Assembly (NCBI GenBank): GCA_039180225.1
Contig: JBCDDQ010000003.1
Coordinates: forward strand, 1-44,305
From: Pseudomonadota bacterium
Lineage (GTDB): Bacteria > Pseudomonadota > Alphaproteobacteria > Rhizobiales > CAJQND01
Direction of reading: 5' to 3'
Length of the DNA stretch: 44,305 nucleotides
A model generated the notes under the pieces. That model ran no database searches. It was not told the origin of the DNA and saw nothing but the letters and a program-made list of their open reading frames with translations. Shown here piece after piece: positions 9,417 through 17,814 of this stretch. The position numbers and the translations under genes were made by a program. Position 1 is the first letter of the stretch, and every line of letters starts with the position of its first letter.

Positions 9417-10077
9417 TGATCGGGAACCGTCGGTTGAGGGCGTAAACAACGAACAGCACTGCAAAAGAGAAGATCAACAGCCCGGCTGAAAGCTGATGGG
9501 CTTCCGCATAGCGCAGCGTCTCCACATGTTCGTAAATGGCAATGGAGATGACCTTGGTTTCACCGGGTATGTTCCCGCCCACCATCAGCACCACGCCAAA
9601 CTCGCCAATCGTGTGGGTGAATGTGAGGACAGAAGCGGTAAGGAACCCCCGTGCAGCCAGAGGCACCGCCACCGTAAAGAACGCATCGAGAGGCGAGGCC
9701 CTGAGCGTTGCCGCGGCCTCTAGCGGCCCGCGCCCAATGGCCTCAAAGGCGCTCTGCAACGGCTGCACCATGAAGGGGGCAGAATAGAAGATCGAGGCGA
9801 TAAGAAGACCGGTGAACGAGAAGGTGAGCGTCGTACCGGTCATACTCACCCAAAATCCTCCCAGGGCAGAGTTAGGGCTCATGAGGATCAACAGGTAGAA
9901 GCCGATCACTGTGGGCGGCAGCACGATAGGCAACGCGGTGATTGCCTCCACCACCGGCTTAAGCGCAGAGCGGGTGTTGGCCAACCACCACGCAAGCGGC
10001 GCGCCAATGATGAGCAGGATCAAGGTGGCAGCCGCAGCCAACTTCAGCGTCAACCAGAGGGGACCAAGATCAACCAT
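9406..10077 (-). CDS. modB: Molybdate ABC transporter permease
   Basis: LPIVLPPTVIGFYLL, PFMVQPLQSAFE, HTIGEFGVVLMVGGNIPGET. Start placed at ATG 10077, overlapping the modA stop. Confidence 0.94.
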   Translation of the reverse strand: MVDLGPLWLTLKLAAAATLILLIIGAPLAWWLANTRSALKPVVEAITALPIVLPPTVIGFYLLILMSPNSALGGFWVSMTGTTLTFSFTGLLIASIFYSAPFMVQPLQSAFEAIGRGPLEAAATLRASPLDAFFTVAVPLAARGFLTASVLTFTHTIGEFGVVLMVGGNIPGETKVISIAIYEHVETLRYAEAHQLSAGLLIFSFAVLFVVYALNRRFPINVT

Positions 10078-10864
10078 CTGCGCCCTCAATCTTGTACCCG
10101 AACCGCTTGAGTATCGCCCGGGTTGCATCACTTTTGAGAAAAGCAGCGAAGGCCTGGGCAGCCTGTTTGTCGGTGGCCCGTTTCAGGATCACTGCATCCT
10201 GTCTTATGGGAGCATAGCCCTCAGCCGGCGGGATCCAGAACACACCCCGCTGCTTCGTATTCTCACTCAAAAAGGCGGAATGAGAAACAAAACCGATCTC
10301 TGCGTTTCCGCTGGCCACCAGCCCATAGGTTTGTCCCACATTCTCCCCCATCACAATGCGCCCCTGCAACGCGGTCCACAGCCCCAACTGCTCCAGCACC
10401 TGTTGAGCAGCCAGTCCGTATGGCGCCAGTTGCGGATTGGGCAGGGCAAGCTTTCGGAACTCCTTCGCTGCCAGCACTTTCGCGCCATCAGCAAGATTAC
10501 GCGTCCCGTCAGCACTCCATAAGATGAGCCTGCCAACAGCGTAGGTGAAGCGGCTGCCGGGCACCGTACGCCCCTCGCTGACCAGGCGTTCCGGCCGCTC
10601 TTGGTCTGCGGACAAAAACACATCAAACGGCGCTCCATTGATGATCTGGGCGTACAGCTTACCTGTAGACCCTGAGACAATACGCAGGGAATGGCCCGTC
10701 TCACTCTCAAATTGAGGCTGGATCAGCTCAAGCGGCTCAAGAAAATTGGCCGCAACCGCGACCGTGATCTGGGAGCCATGGGAGAGCGGAGCACTGGCCA
10801 GCACGAGCCAGAGCGCTGCCAAGACACCGGCGGCATGAGCCAAACACCTGCGCAAACCAAACAA
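10070..10864 (-). CDS. modA: Molybdate ABC transporter substrate-binding protein
   Basis: VAVAANF, GSTGKLYAQIINGAPFDVFLSAD, NPQLAPYG, GENVGQT, PIRQDAVIL; signal peptide. Confidence 0.94.
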   Translation of the reverse strand: MFGLRRCLAHAAGVLAALWLVLASAPLSHGSQITVAVAANFLEPLELIQPQFESETGHSLRIVSGSTGKLYAQIINGAPFDVFLSADQERPERLVSEGRTVPGSRFTYAVGRLILWSADGTRNLADGAKVLAAKEFRKLALPNPQLAPYGLAAQQVLEQLGLWTALQGRIVMGENVGQTYGLVASGNAEIGFVSHSAFLSENTKQRGVFWIPPAEGYAPIRQDAVILKRATDKQAAQAFAAFLKSDATRAILKRFGYKIEGADG

Positions 10865-10873
10865 GGTGATGTC

Positions 10874-10899
10874 CCGATATTACCCATAAACCATATCGG
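10874..10899. promoter_or_regulatory. ModE-box-like operator upstream of modA
   Basis: Perfect 7-bp inverted repeat CCGATAT-N12-ATATCGG. The CG...CG span is 24 bp, as in the ModE consensus CGnTATAT-N8-ATATAnCG; it lies between modE and modA. Confidence 0.7.
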
Positions 10900-10931
10900 A
10901 CTTTAATAACCCACGCCTGCCTTTGCAACAG

Positions 10932-11303
10932 TCAGTTGCCGTGCTTACCGTTGGCGAGCGCGCGCTTGAGATCTTCCAGCGTGCTCTCCGCAACCCGCTC
11001 GGTTTCGCCTTGCAGACGCCGATAGCGCTCCAGGAGCTCTTCGCCGAACTCGGTCAGCGTGGCGCCGCCCTTGTTGGCGCCACCCCTTGAGGTCACCACG
11101 ACGGGTTCCTTGAAGGCATCATTCATGGTGCCGATGAGCTGCCATGCTCTTTTATAGCTCATGCCGAGCGTCCGGCCGGCCTCGGCGATTGAACCGGTTT
11201 CCTTTACCTGTTCCAAGAGATCGACCTTGCCGGGCCCAATTGCAATATCGGGACCGAGCACAAGCCGCAGCCTTACGCCGAGATGTCTGTATTTCCGGGT
11301 CAT
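10932..11303 (-). CDS. modE: ModE-family regulator, winged-helix domain only (no molybdate-binding TOBE domains)
   Basis: IGPGKVDLLEQVKETGSIAEAGRTLGMSYKRAWQLI...SRGG..GGATLTEFG; 123 aa; adjacent to modA. Confidence 0.9.
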   Translation of the reverse strand: MTRKYRHLGVRLRLVLGPDIAIGPGKVDLLEQVKETGSIAEAGRTLGMSYKRAWQLIGTMNDAFKEPVVVTSRGGANKGGATLTEFGEELLERYRRLQGETERVAESTLEDLKRALANGKHGN

Positions 11304-11388
11304 TTGAGAAGTGGATTTCCCATCGTTCGCCCCAATGCTATCACACCTTAACGCGCCTCGTGCGCGTTTCGAACTTCAGGGAGTGGAT

Positions 11389-12321
11389 ATGGCCTTTTCG
11401 GCGCGCCGGCTCGTGAACCACCCAATCATTTTTGGCGACATGGACAAGAGAATGGGCCGCAACATCAATGGCCCGTCCCTCATCCGCACGCCGGCCTGGC
11501 TTACCTCAGCTCCCGGCGCCTATCTTCTCTACTTCGCTGATCACAAAGGAACCTACCTGCGCCTGGCATATGCTGATGTGCTGGAAGGTCCATGGACCAT
11601 GCACACTGCGGGATGTTTGGAGCTTGCGCAGTCCAAGTTCCCAACCCAATTGTTGCCCAGAGGCAAACGACCGTCTTGGGTGGAAGAGGTGCCGCAATGG
11701 TATTATCCCCACATAGCTTCGCCCGATGTTCATGTGGATGCCGCGGCACGTGAGATCCGCATGTACTTCCATGGCATGCTTTCAAACGGCGAACAAAAGA
11801 CCAGGCTGGCGCGCTCGCGCGACGGCATCACGTTCACTGTCGCTAACGCGCTTTTGGGCCCGCCTTATTTCCGTGTCTTCCGGCATAACGGGTTTGCGTA
11901 TGCGTTCGCGCTGCCCAATCAGCTTTTGCGTTCAGCCGATGGTCAGGAACCGTTCCAGTTAGGCCCAACCCCCCTACCCCCAACAACCCGTCATACGGCA
12001 GTGCGCGTGCGCGGCGACAGATTGGATGTGTTCTGGAGCGAAATTGGAGATGCGCCAGAACGCATCTATGCAGGCCGGATCGATCTTTCTGGCGACTGGC
12101 AGACCTGGACGCTCACCGACAAACACGAGGTCTTGCGGGCGGAGCTGGACTGGGAAGGAGCACGCGAACCCGTCACGGCTTCGGCCCCGGGCGCATCGGA
12201 TGAGCCGGTGAATCAGCTGCGGGATCCATGCCTTTTTGAGGAGGCGGGAAGGCTCTATCTGCTCTATAGCGCGAGCGGAGAGGCCGCAATTGGACTGGCT
12301 GAGTTGTCCGAGTCCGGCTAA
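11389..12321 (+). CDS. Hypothetical protein, probable five-bladed beta-propeller glycoside hydrolase-like fold
   Basis: Blade-like motifs NINGPSLI, YLLYFADH...LAYAD..GPW, HIASPDV..MYFHG..LARSRDGITF, LRDPCLFEE..LYLLYS..IGLA. ATG 11389 follows GGGAG; no signal peptide. Confidence 0.6.
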   Translation: MAFSARRLVNHPIIFGDMDKRMGRNINGPSLIRTPAWLTSAPGAYLLYFADHKGTYLRLAYADVLEGPWTMHTAGCLELAQSKFPTQLLPRGKRPSWVEEVPQWYYPHIASPDVHVDAAAREIRMYFHGMLSNGEQKTRLARSRDGITFTVANALLGPPYFRVFRHNGFAYAFALPNQLLRSADGQEPFQLGPTPLPPTTRHTAVRVRGDRLDVFWSEIGDAPERIYAGRIDLSGDWQTWTLTDKHEVLRAELDWEGAREPVTASAPGASDEPVNQLRDPCLFEEAGRLYLLYSASGEAAIGLAELSESG

Positions 12322-13466
12322 GCCACGCGTTCCCGGCGCTCGGCGGCTTCTTTAAGCTCATCTTCCGTGAGGAAATTGGCCACTTGCCGCTCAAACACAT
12401 ACTCCGCTGAGCGCTGCTTGGACAAATCCACATCAGGAAGCATGGGTGTCTCTGTGTCCACGCCTTTGAGCCAAACCTTCAACGCCTTAAAGGGATTTGC
12501 CACCGTGTCTGCAACCGCAGTGGGCTCGTATCCGCAATGGACCATGCAATCGGCGCACTTCTCATACTTGCCTGTGCCGTAGCTGTCCCAATCGGTTGAT
12601 TCCATGAGCTCCTTGAAGGTTTTCACGTACCCTTCGCCCACCAGATAGCAGGGTTTTTGCCAGCCAAATACATTGCGCGTGGGATTGCCCCAGGGCGTGC
12701 ACTCGTAGTCCTGATTTCCGGCCAGAAAATCAAGATAAAGACTGGATTGGTTGAACTGCCACTCGCGCCCCTCAGCCCGGCCCATGCGGAACAGATCTCG
12801 GAAGATCGTCTTGGTTTGGGTGCGGTTCAAGAAGTGCTCTTGAGCCGGTGCGCGCTCATACGCATAGCCCGGCGAGATCGTAATGCTCTCCACACCCAAG
12901 GTGGAGACAAAATCGAAGAACTCCGCGACCCGCTCCGGCTCGGCATTGTTGAAGAGGGTGCAGTTCACCGTCACCCGAAAACCGCGCGAGACGGCCTCGC
13001 GAATGGCGGCAACAGCAATCTTAAAAGTGCCCTTCTGATTAACCGCCTTGTCATGCTCTTCTTCCAAGCCATCCAGATGGATGGAGAAGGTGAGATAAGG
13101 TGACGGTGTGTAGTCGTCCAGTTTCTTTTTCAAAAGCAATGCGTTGGTGCACAGATAGACGAACTTCTTGCGGGCAACGATGCCTTCAACAATGTGTTTC
13201 ATCTCTTTGTGGATCAGCGGCTCTCCGCCAGGAATGGAGACAATCGGCGCACCACATTCATCCACAGCTCGAAGGCAGTCCTCTAGGGACAGGCGCTTGT
13301 TGAGGATCTCGGCAGGATAATCGATCTTGCCGCATCCAGGACACGCCAGATTGCAGCGGAACAACGGCTCCAGCATGAGCACCAGTGGATAGCGCGCATT
13401 GCCCTTCAGCTTCTGCTTCATAATGTAGGCGCCAACCCGCGCCTGCTGGATAAATGGAACAGCCAC
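12318..13466 (-). CDS. hpnH: Hopanoid radical SAM enzyme, adenosylhopane synthase
   Basis: YPLVLMLEPLFRCNLACPGCGKIDYP (CxxxCxxC), GGEPL, CTPWGNPTRNVFGWQKPCYL, KCADCMVHCGYE. GTG start at 13466 inferred. Confidence 0.95.
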   Translation of the reverse strand: MAVPFIQQARVGAYIMKQKLKGNARYPLVLMLEPLFRCNLACPGCGKIDYPAEILNKRLSLEDCLRAVDECGAPIVSIPGGEPLIHKEMKHIVEGIVARKKFVYLCTNALLLKKKLDDYTPSPYLTFSIHLDGLEEEHDKAVNQKGTFKIAVAAIREAVSRGFRVTVNCTLFNNAEPERVAEFFDFVSTLGVESITISPGYAYERAPAQEHFLNRTQTKTIFRDLFRMGRAEGREWQFNQSSLYLDFLAGNQDYECTPWGNPTRNVFGWQKPCYLVGEGYVKTFKELMESTDWDSYGTGKYEKCADCMVHCGYEPTAVADTVANPFKALKVWLKGVDTETPMLPDVDLSKQRSAEYVFERQVANFLTEDELKEAAERRERVA

Positions 13467-13577
13467 CCTGAAAGGCCCCGCAATCCTTAATAAAAATCTG
13501 TTTACACTGATTTGACCGCAATCGCAGCTCACGTCAAGTCACGGTTACGCGGTGAACCATCGCACTTGGGCAACAAT

Positions 13578-13655
13578 GGGGCCAAACGGCCCCGTGCCGG
13601 CCACTTCTGGGAGAAAAGTGACCGGCACCGGCTGGGCGGAGGGGCGGGAGGGAGC
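13578..13655 (-). ncRNA. Candidate cuckoo/CcsR-like 3'UTR small RNA downstream of the DUF1127 gene
   Basis: Minus strand: C-rich CUCCCUCCCGCCCCUCCGCCC, then a 13-bp stem GUGCCGGUCACUU/AAGUGGCCGGCAC with UUCUCCCAG loop, then a GGGGCC-GUUU-GGCCCC hairpin. A G-U pair closes only on the minus strand. Confidence 0.5.
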
Positions 13656-13657
13656 TG

Positions 13658-13855
13658 TTAGGCGTACTTCAGGGCGAACAATTCGGCCCGTTGCACGCCG
13701 ATATCGTTGAGAAGGTGTGCGGGGATGCTTGTCGGGGTGTTTGATGACTTAGTAACTGAACTGCTCGAAGAGAGTGCCCGAAGAGCTCGTCCGATCGCGG
13801 CCGCAAAATCCGGTGCTGATTTCAATGTTGAGGGTGTGGCGGTAGCGGCGGTCAT
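13658..13855 (-). CDS. DUF1127 (YjiS-like) small protein
   Basis: 65 aa with C-terminal IPAHLLNDIGVQRAEL, matching the DUF1127 pattern (L..H.L.DIG..R.E). Confidence 0.75.
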   Translation of the reverse strand: MTAATATPSTLKSAPDFAAAIGRALRALSSSSSVTKSSNTPTSIPAHLLNDIGVQRAELFALKYA

Positions 13856-13981
13856 CGTCTGAACTCTTCTTGGGCGTTAGTCTTTGTTGGTTCTCATCTC
13901 GTCTTGCTTGCTTGAGAACCAGGTATACCGCCGCCGCGTTTCAGCCTGATGTCTTGAATGAACTGGAGTGTTTCAATTGTT

Positions 13982-16657
13982 TCATCCGCCAAACGAGCGC
14001 CTGTGACGGGGCCTCAGGAACCAATCAACCAGCGTCGGCAACACAATCAACGTGCACACAAGGGTGAACACGATGGCGATTGTCAGAAGTTCCCCCATGG
14101 ACGCCGTGCCGCGGTGACTGGAGACCGCGAGCGAACCGAACGAGGCAATTGTGGTCAGCGCGCTCAGAAGAACCGCGCGCGGGGTCGAGGTTTCCAAGAG
14201 CTCGGCTTGATGACCAGCTGCAATCTCCTCGCGGGTGCGCATCACCAAATGGATCCCGCTATCAACCCCCAGCCCGATCAGGAGCGGCAAAACGATCACG
14301 TTGGCAAAATTGAAGGGAATTCCGAGAATCACGGTGGTGGCCAGCAACAATACGCCCGCCAGACCGATAGGCAGCAAGACCAGCAACACGTCGCCAATCC
14401 GGCGCAATGCAATGAACAGCATTACGGCAATCAAGATGGCCGCCACGCCCGTTGCCTGCAACATGGCGCGTGCCACCACATCCGCCCCGCCGATAATCTC
14501 AACAGGCGCTCCGGTGGCATGTTGCGCCACAGATTTAACCGCCCCCACGAACCGCCGCATAGAGGCATCATCATTGATGGCTTCTCGGGGCAGAATGTCG
14601 AGACGGTACTTCCCGCCTTCGGAGAGAAATCGGCTCCTTAAGGCTGGATCCAATGTGTCCACAGTGATGCGGTCTACATCCAGTTTATCGTTGAAGTCTC
14701 TCAAATTCGGCAGGAGGCCAGCGAACACCTCAAGTTCAAGCGCGCGGTCGCGCTCGTCGCTGTAGGCTTGCGCATCGAGATATACCTCAAGAGTTTGGCG
14801 AAGATGCCGGGCGCTGGCGCGCACTTTGGCGGGGGCCGTATCCAGCTTTTCCAAAGCAGCCGAGGACACCCGCATGCCCGCCAGAGCCGCCTTACGCGCG
14901 TCGGCCCCTCTGTTGGGCACTTGGTTGGAGCTCGGGTTGGGCATAATCGATCTGAGGTTCCGCATCCTGGCCAGGCGCTGGGTTTGGTCTTGCGGCACAA
15001 AACTGAGGGCGCTGATCACCTCACGCACCTCAAAAAGATCCTCCAACCTGGCAGACATCTGGCGGACTTCACTGGCGTTCTTAACCACCAACTCGGCCAC
15101 ATAGGTCGGTGCATCGCGGTCATTGCTCAACGACTTGAACACTTTTACGGCGGCGGCATTCGGATCTTTCAGCGCGATCGGGTCACCTTCAAACACGGCA
15201 CTCGGCGCCACATACATGGCCGCGATGCCGGCAATCAGGATCCCGATTGTCAGATACTTGCGCACCCCGTAACTCGGCGCGGACAGGTTCCACGACAGGA
15301 GTGGATAGTTTGGCTTGCCCGGATTTCCGGGCATGAGAGCAAGAAGGGCCGGTAGCAAGGTCATCGACAACAGGAAGGCGATGGCCATACCCCCGGCGGA
15401 GATCACGCCAAGCTGGGCCATGCCCGCAAAATCGGTTGGCGCAAAAGCAAGGAACGCCAGTGTGGTGGTCGCGGTGCACAGCAACAAGGCTGGCCCGGTC
15501 ATCGCGGCTACATCTTCCAGCACTTCAGCCGCACGGCCCGGCAGGGCGCGCTCTTCTTCAAAGCGCAGCGCAAAGTGGATTGCAAAGTCGATGCCGAGAC
15601 CCACAAAGAGCACGCCGAACGCCACTGAGATCAGGTTGAGATAACCCACTGATAGCGCAGCAAACCCGGCTGTCAGCATCAAGCCCACCACAAGCATGGA
15701 CAGAGCGGCCACCACCAGCCGCCAGGACCTCACCCCAAACACCAGCACACAGGTCACCAAGATGAGCGACAAGATGCCCGCAAGCGAGGCACCGTCTGCC
15801 ACGGTGCGCAGTTCCTCTGAGCTCATGGCGGCTTCCCCGGTGAAGCTGACCTTCACCTGGCCGGATCGGGTAACCTCAGGGTCGCTGGCCAGCCGCTGTG
15901 CAACCCCGATCGCAACCTTCGCCGGTTCCAGGACGGAATAGTCAAGCACCGGCTGCACGAAGACGAAGTGCCTCGTCGGCCCCAACCTTGTATCGGTATC
16001 CGCCGGCTCCTCTTTTGGGCCGGCCAAGGTCGCTTGCCAATCCAGCGGGCTCGAACGCCCTGAAATCCGACCGGCCACGGCCGACTGCACCGACGCCAAA
16101 AACTCCGCAAACTCTTCTGGAACGTCCTTGGCCCCGCTGGCCGTCACCCCGCCCAGAAGACCGGCAAGACCTGGCAGCGAGGGTTCGCCACCCAGGGCCT
16201 GCAACATCGGCGCTGCGCCCTGCGCCCGGTCGCTCAAAGCCTGGAAGCGCGCGGCGGGCATGTAAAGGAGAGCGTTGCGATCGAAGAACCGGGAAACACC
16301 TGGCGAATAAACGTTCTTGAACACATCCGGCCGGTCTGAGAACGAGATCACCAGTGATTTGGCGGCCTCCCGTGCTGTTTCCGCATCGTCGGCCTCAACC
16401 ACCGCGATGAAATTGTCGGCAAGGGCCGGAAAGTTGCGGTTGAGCTCGGCGAAGTCTTGGCGAAACGGCAAGTCCTTGGCGATCATCGCATTGGTGTTGG
16501 TGTTGATTTCCAACTGGGTAGCCGCAATGGCCAGCGCAACAAGGGCCAGCACACCGTAGCCCGCAACAATAAAAGGCGCACGCCGTGCCGCGTTCCCGGC
16601 AAGCAATGCCAATGCCTCAGCGATTTGAACGGTGATGCGTTTGTCCCAAGCCATCAA
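13982..16657 (-). CDS. hpnN: Hopanoid transporter (MMPL/RND family)
   Basis: FFDRNALLY, LNLISVAFGVLFVGLGIDFAIHF, FAPTDFAGMAQLG, FNFANVIVLPLLIGLGVDSGIH, SFGSLAVSSHRGTASMG; lies next to hpnH. Confidence 0.9.
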   Translation of the reverse strand: MMAWDKRITVQIAEALALLAGNAARRAPFIVAGYGVLALVALAIAATQLEINTNTNAMIAKDLPFRQDFAELNRNFPALADNFIAVVEADDAETAREAAKSLVISFSDRPDVFKNVYSPGVSRFFDRNALLYMPAARFQALSDRAQGAAPMLQALGGEPSLPGLAGLLGGVTASGAKDVPEEFAEFLASVQSAVAGRISGRSSPLDWQATLAGPKEEPADTDTRLGPTRHFVFVQPVLDYSVLEPAKVAIGVAQRLASDPEVTRSGQVKVSFTGEAAMSSEELRTVADGASLAGILSLILVTCVLVFGVRSWRLVVAALSMLVVGLMLTAGFAALSVGYLNLISVAFGVLFVGLGIDFAIHFALRFEEERALPGRAAEVLEDVAAMTGPALLLCTATTTLAFLAFAPTDFAGMAQLGVISAGGMAIAFLLSMTLLPALLALMPGNPGKPNYPLLSWNLSAPSYGVRKYLTIGILIAGIAAMYVAPSAVFEGDPIALKDPNAAAVKVFKSLSNDRDAPTYVAELVVKNASEVRQMSARLEDLFEVREVISALSFVPQDQTQRLARMRNLRSIMPNPSSNQVPNRGADARKAALAGMRVSSAALEKLDTAPAKVRASARHLRQTLEVYLDAQAYSDERDRALELEVFAGLLPNLRDFNDKLDVDRITVDTLDPALRSRFLSEGGKYRLDILPREAINDDASMRRFVGAVKSVAQHATGAPVEIIGGADVVARAMLQATGVAAILIAVMLFIALRRIGDVLLVLLPIGLAGVLLLATTVILGIPFNFANVIVLPLLIGLGVDSGIHLVMRTREEIAAGHQAELLETSTPRAVLLSALTTIASFGSLAVSSHRGTASMGELLTIAIVFTLVCTLIVLPTLVDWFLRPRHRRSFGG

Positions 16658-16695
16658 GGGGTTTTAGAGCAATGTGACCGCGGTTTGAACCGCGT

Positions 16696-17029
16696 TTAGA
16701 GCGCGGCGGCTTGCCTGATCTGGGGTTTCACCGAGATCGCGTTCTTTCCGATGCGGAACAGGCCTTCCCATAAAGGACCAGGAAACTTGTGGAGCCGCAC
16801 CATCACCTCTTCAAACGCGTCACAGAACCAATCCACATCCTGCTCGCTGAAGCACAAGGGAGGGATCAGTTTGATCACCTTGGATTTGTTTCCAGCCACC
16901 TGTGTAAGCACGCCGTGGTCCTCAAGCAGGGGAATGGTGACGCCCTGGCAAAACAGGTCGGGATTCAGACTATTGATGGCTGTCCAGGCCGTTCTGCACT
17001 TCAACACCTGCTCACACTGAGATCGCCAT
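16696..17029 (-). pseudogene. hpnO: C-terminal fragment of a class III aminotransferase (HpnO-like)
   Basis: LKCRTAW..INSLNPDLFCQGVTIPLLEDHGVLTQVAGNKSKVIKLIPPL matches the HpnO C-terminus. Only about 100 aa are present and the PLP-lysine region is missing; there is an out-of-frame RBS+ATG at 17029. Confidence 0.75.
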
Positions 17030-17121
17030 GCCTCTATGCGGATATCTGATCACCGGATGATCAGCAATCCTTGTGGCAAAGCTATGCCCATGATTTTTCA
17101 AGCAGCAGCCATTGTTTCGCC

Positions 17122-17153
17122 TATATCATACCAATATATGTTGGATTGATATA
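17122..17153. promoter_or_regulatory. 32-bp imperfect palindrome, probable PadR operator
   Basis: TATATCATACCAATATATGTTGGATTGATATA; 13 of 16 pairs symmetric; ends 57 bp before the PadR ATG. Confidence 0.65.
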
Positions 17154-17210
17154 TAAAATCCGGCGCGCTTCGGAATCTGCGCGACGGATCACTCTGGCTG
17201 GAAACGTCTG

Positions 17211-17780
17211 ATGAACATTAGAACCCTTTGCTTGGGCATCCTGTCTTTTGGGGATGCCACAGGCTATGAGATTAAGAAAATGGCCGAAGATGGTCTGTTT
17301 AGCCATTTTGTGGAAGCCAGCTATGGCTCGATCTATCCTGCGCTTACGCGCATGACCGATGAGGATCTGCTGACGTGCCGTTCTGAGACCCAAGACGGCA
17401 AGCCGGACAAGAAAATCTATTCCATCACGCAAGCTGGCCGCGACGAACTAACGACGGCACTCACAACCCGGCCCAAGAAAGACAAGTTCAAATCAGAGTT
17501 CTTGTTCATCATGCTCATGTCTGAGCACTTGGACCAGGACCATGTTTCTGAGGTTCTTTCGCACCGCGCTCAAGAACTTGCAGATGAGCTGGAGATGATC
17601 CGCGCATGCGGGGAGCATCTGACAAAGCCTGGACCGCGCTTTGTAAACGGTTACGGTCAGGCCGTCATGGGGGCGGCCAATGACTATGTCTCCAAAAATC
17701 TGAACTTCTCTACCACCCAGATCGAACCGAGCGAGGTTCCGGAACGTAGTCCTCATGTGACTGTTGAGGCCGCCGAATAG
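17211..17780 (+). CDS. PadR family transcriptional regulator
   Basis: CLGILS..DATGYEIKK, ASYGSIYPALTRM, KPDKKIYSITQAGR. Confidence 0.92.
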   Translation: MNIRTLCLGILSFGDATGYEIKKMAEDGLFSHFVEASYGSIYPALTRMTDEDLLTCRSETQDGKPDKKIYSITQAGRDELTTALTTRPKKDKFKSEFLFIMLMSEHLDQDHVSEVLSHRAQELADELEMIRACGEHLTKPGPRFVNGYGQAVMGAANDYVSKNLNFSTTQIEPSEVPERSPHVTVEAAE

Positions 17781-17814
17781 TGGACCGAGGATCTTTGAAG
17801 GAACGCACCCGACA

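Noticed and set aside
10865-10931. Moco/Tuco riboswitch upstream of modA or tupB
   Set aside because: The intergenic gaps (67 and 75 bp) are too short, and a ModE-type DNA dyad explains the modA region.
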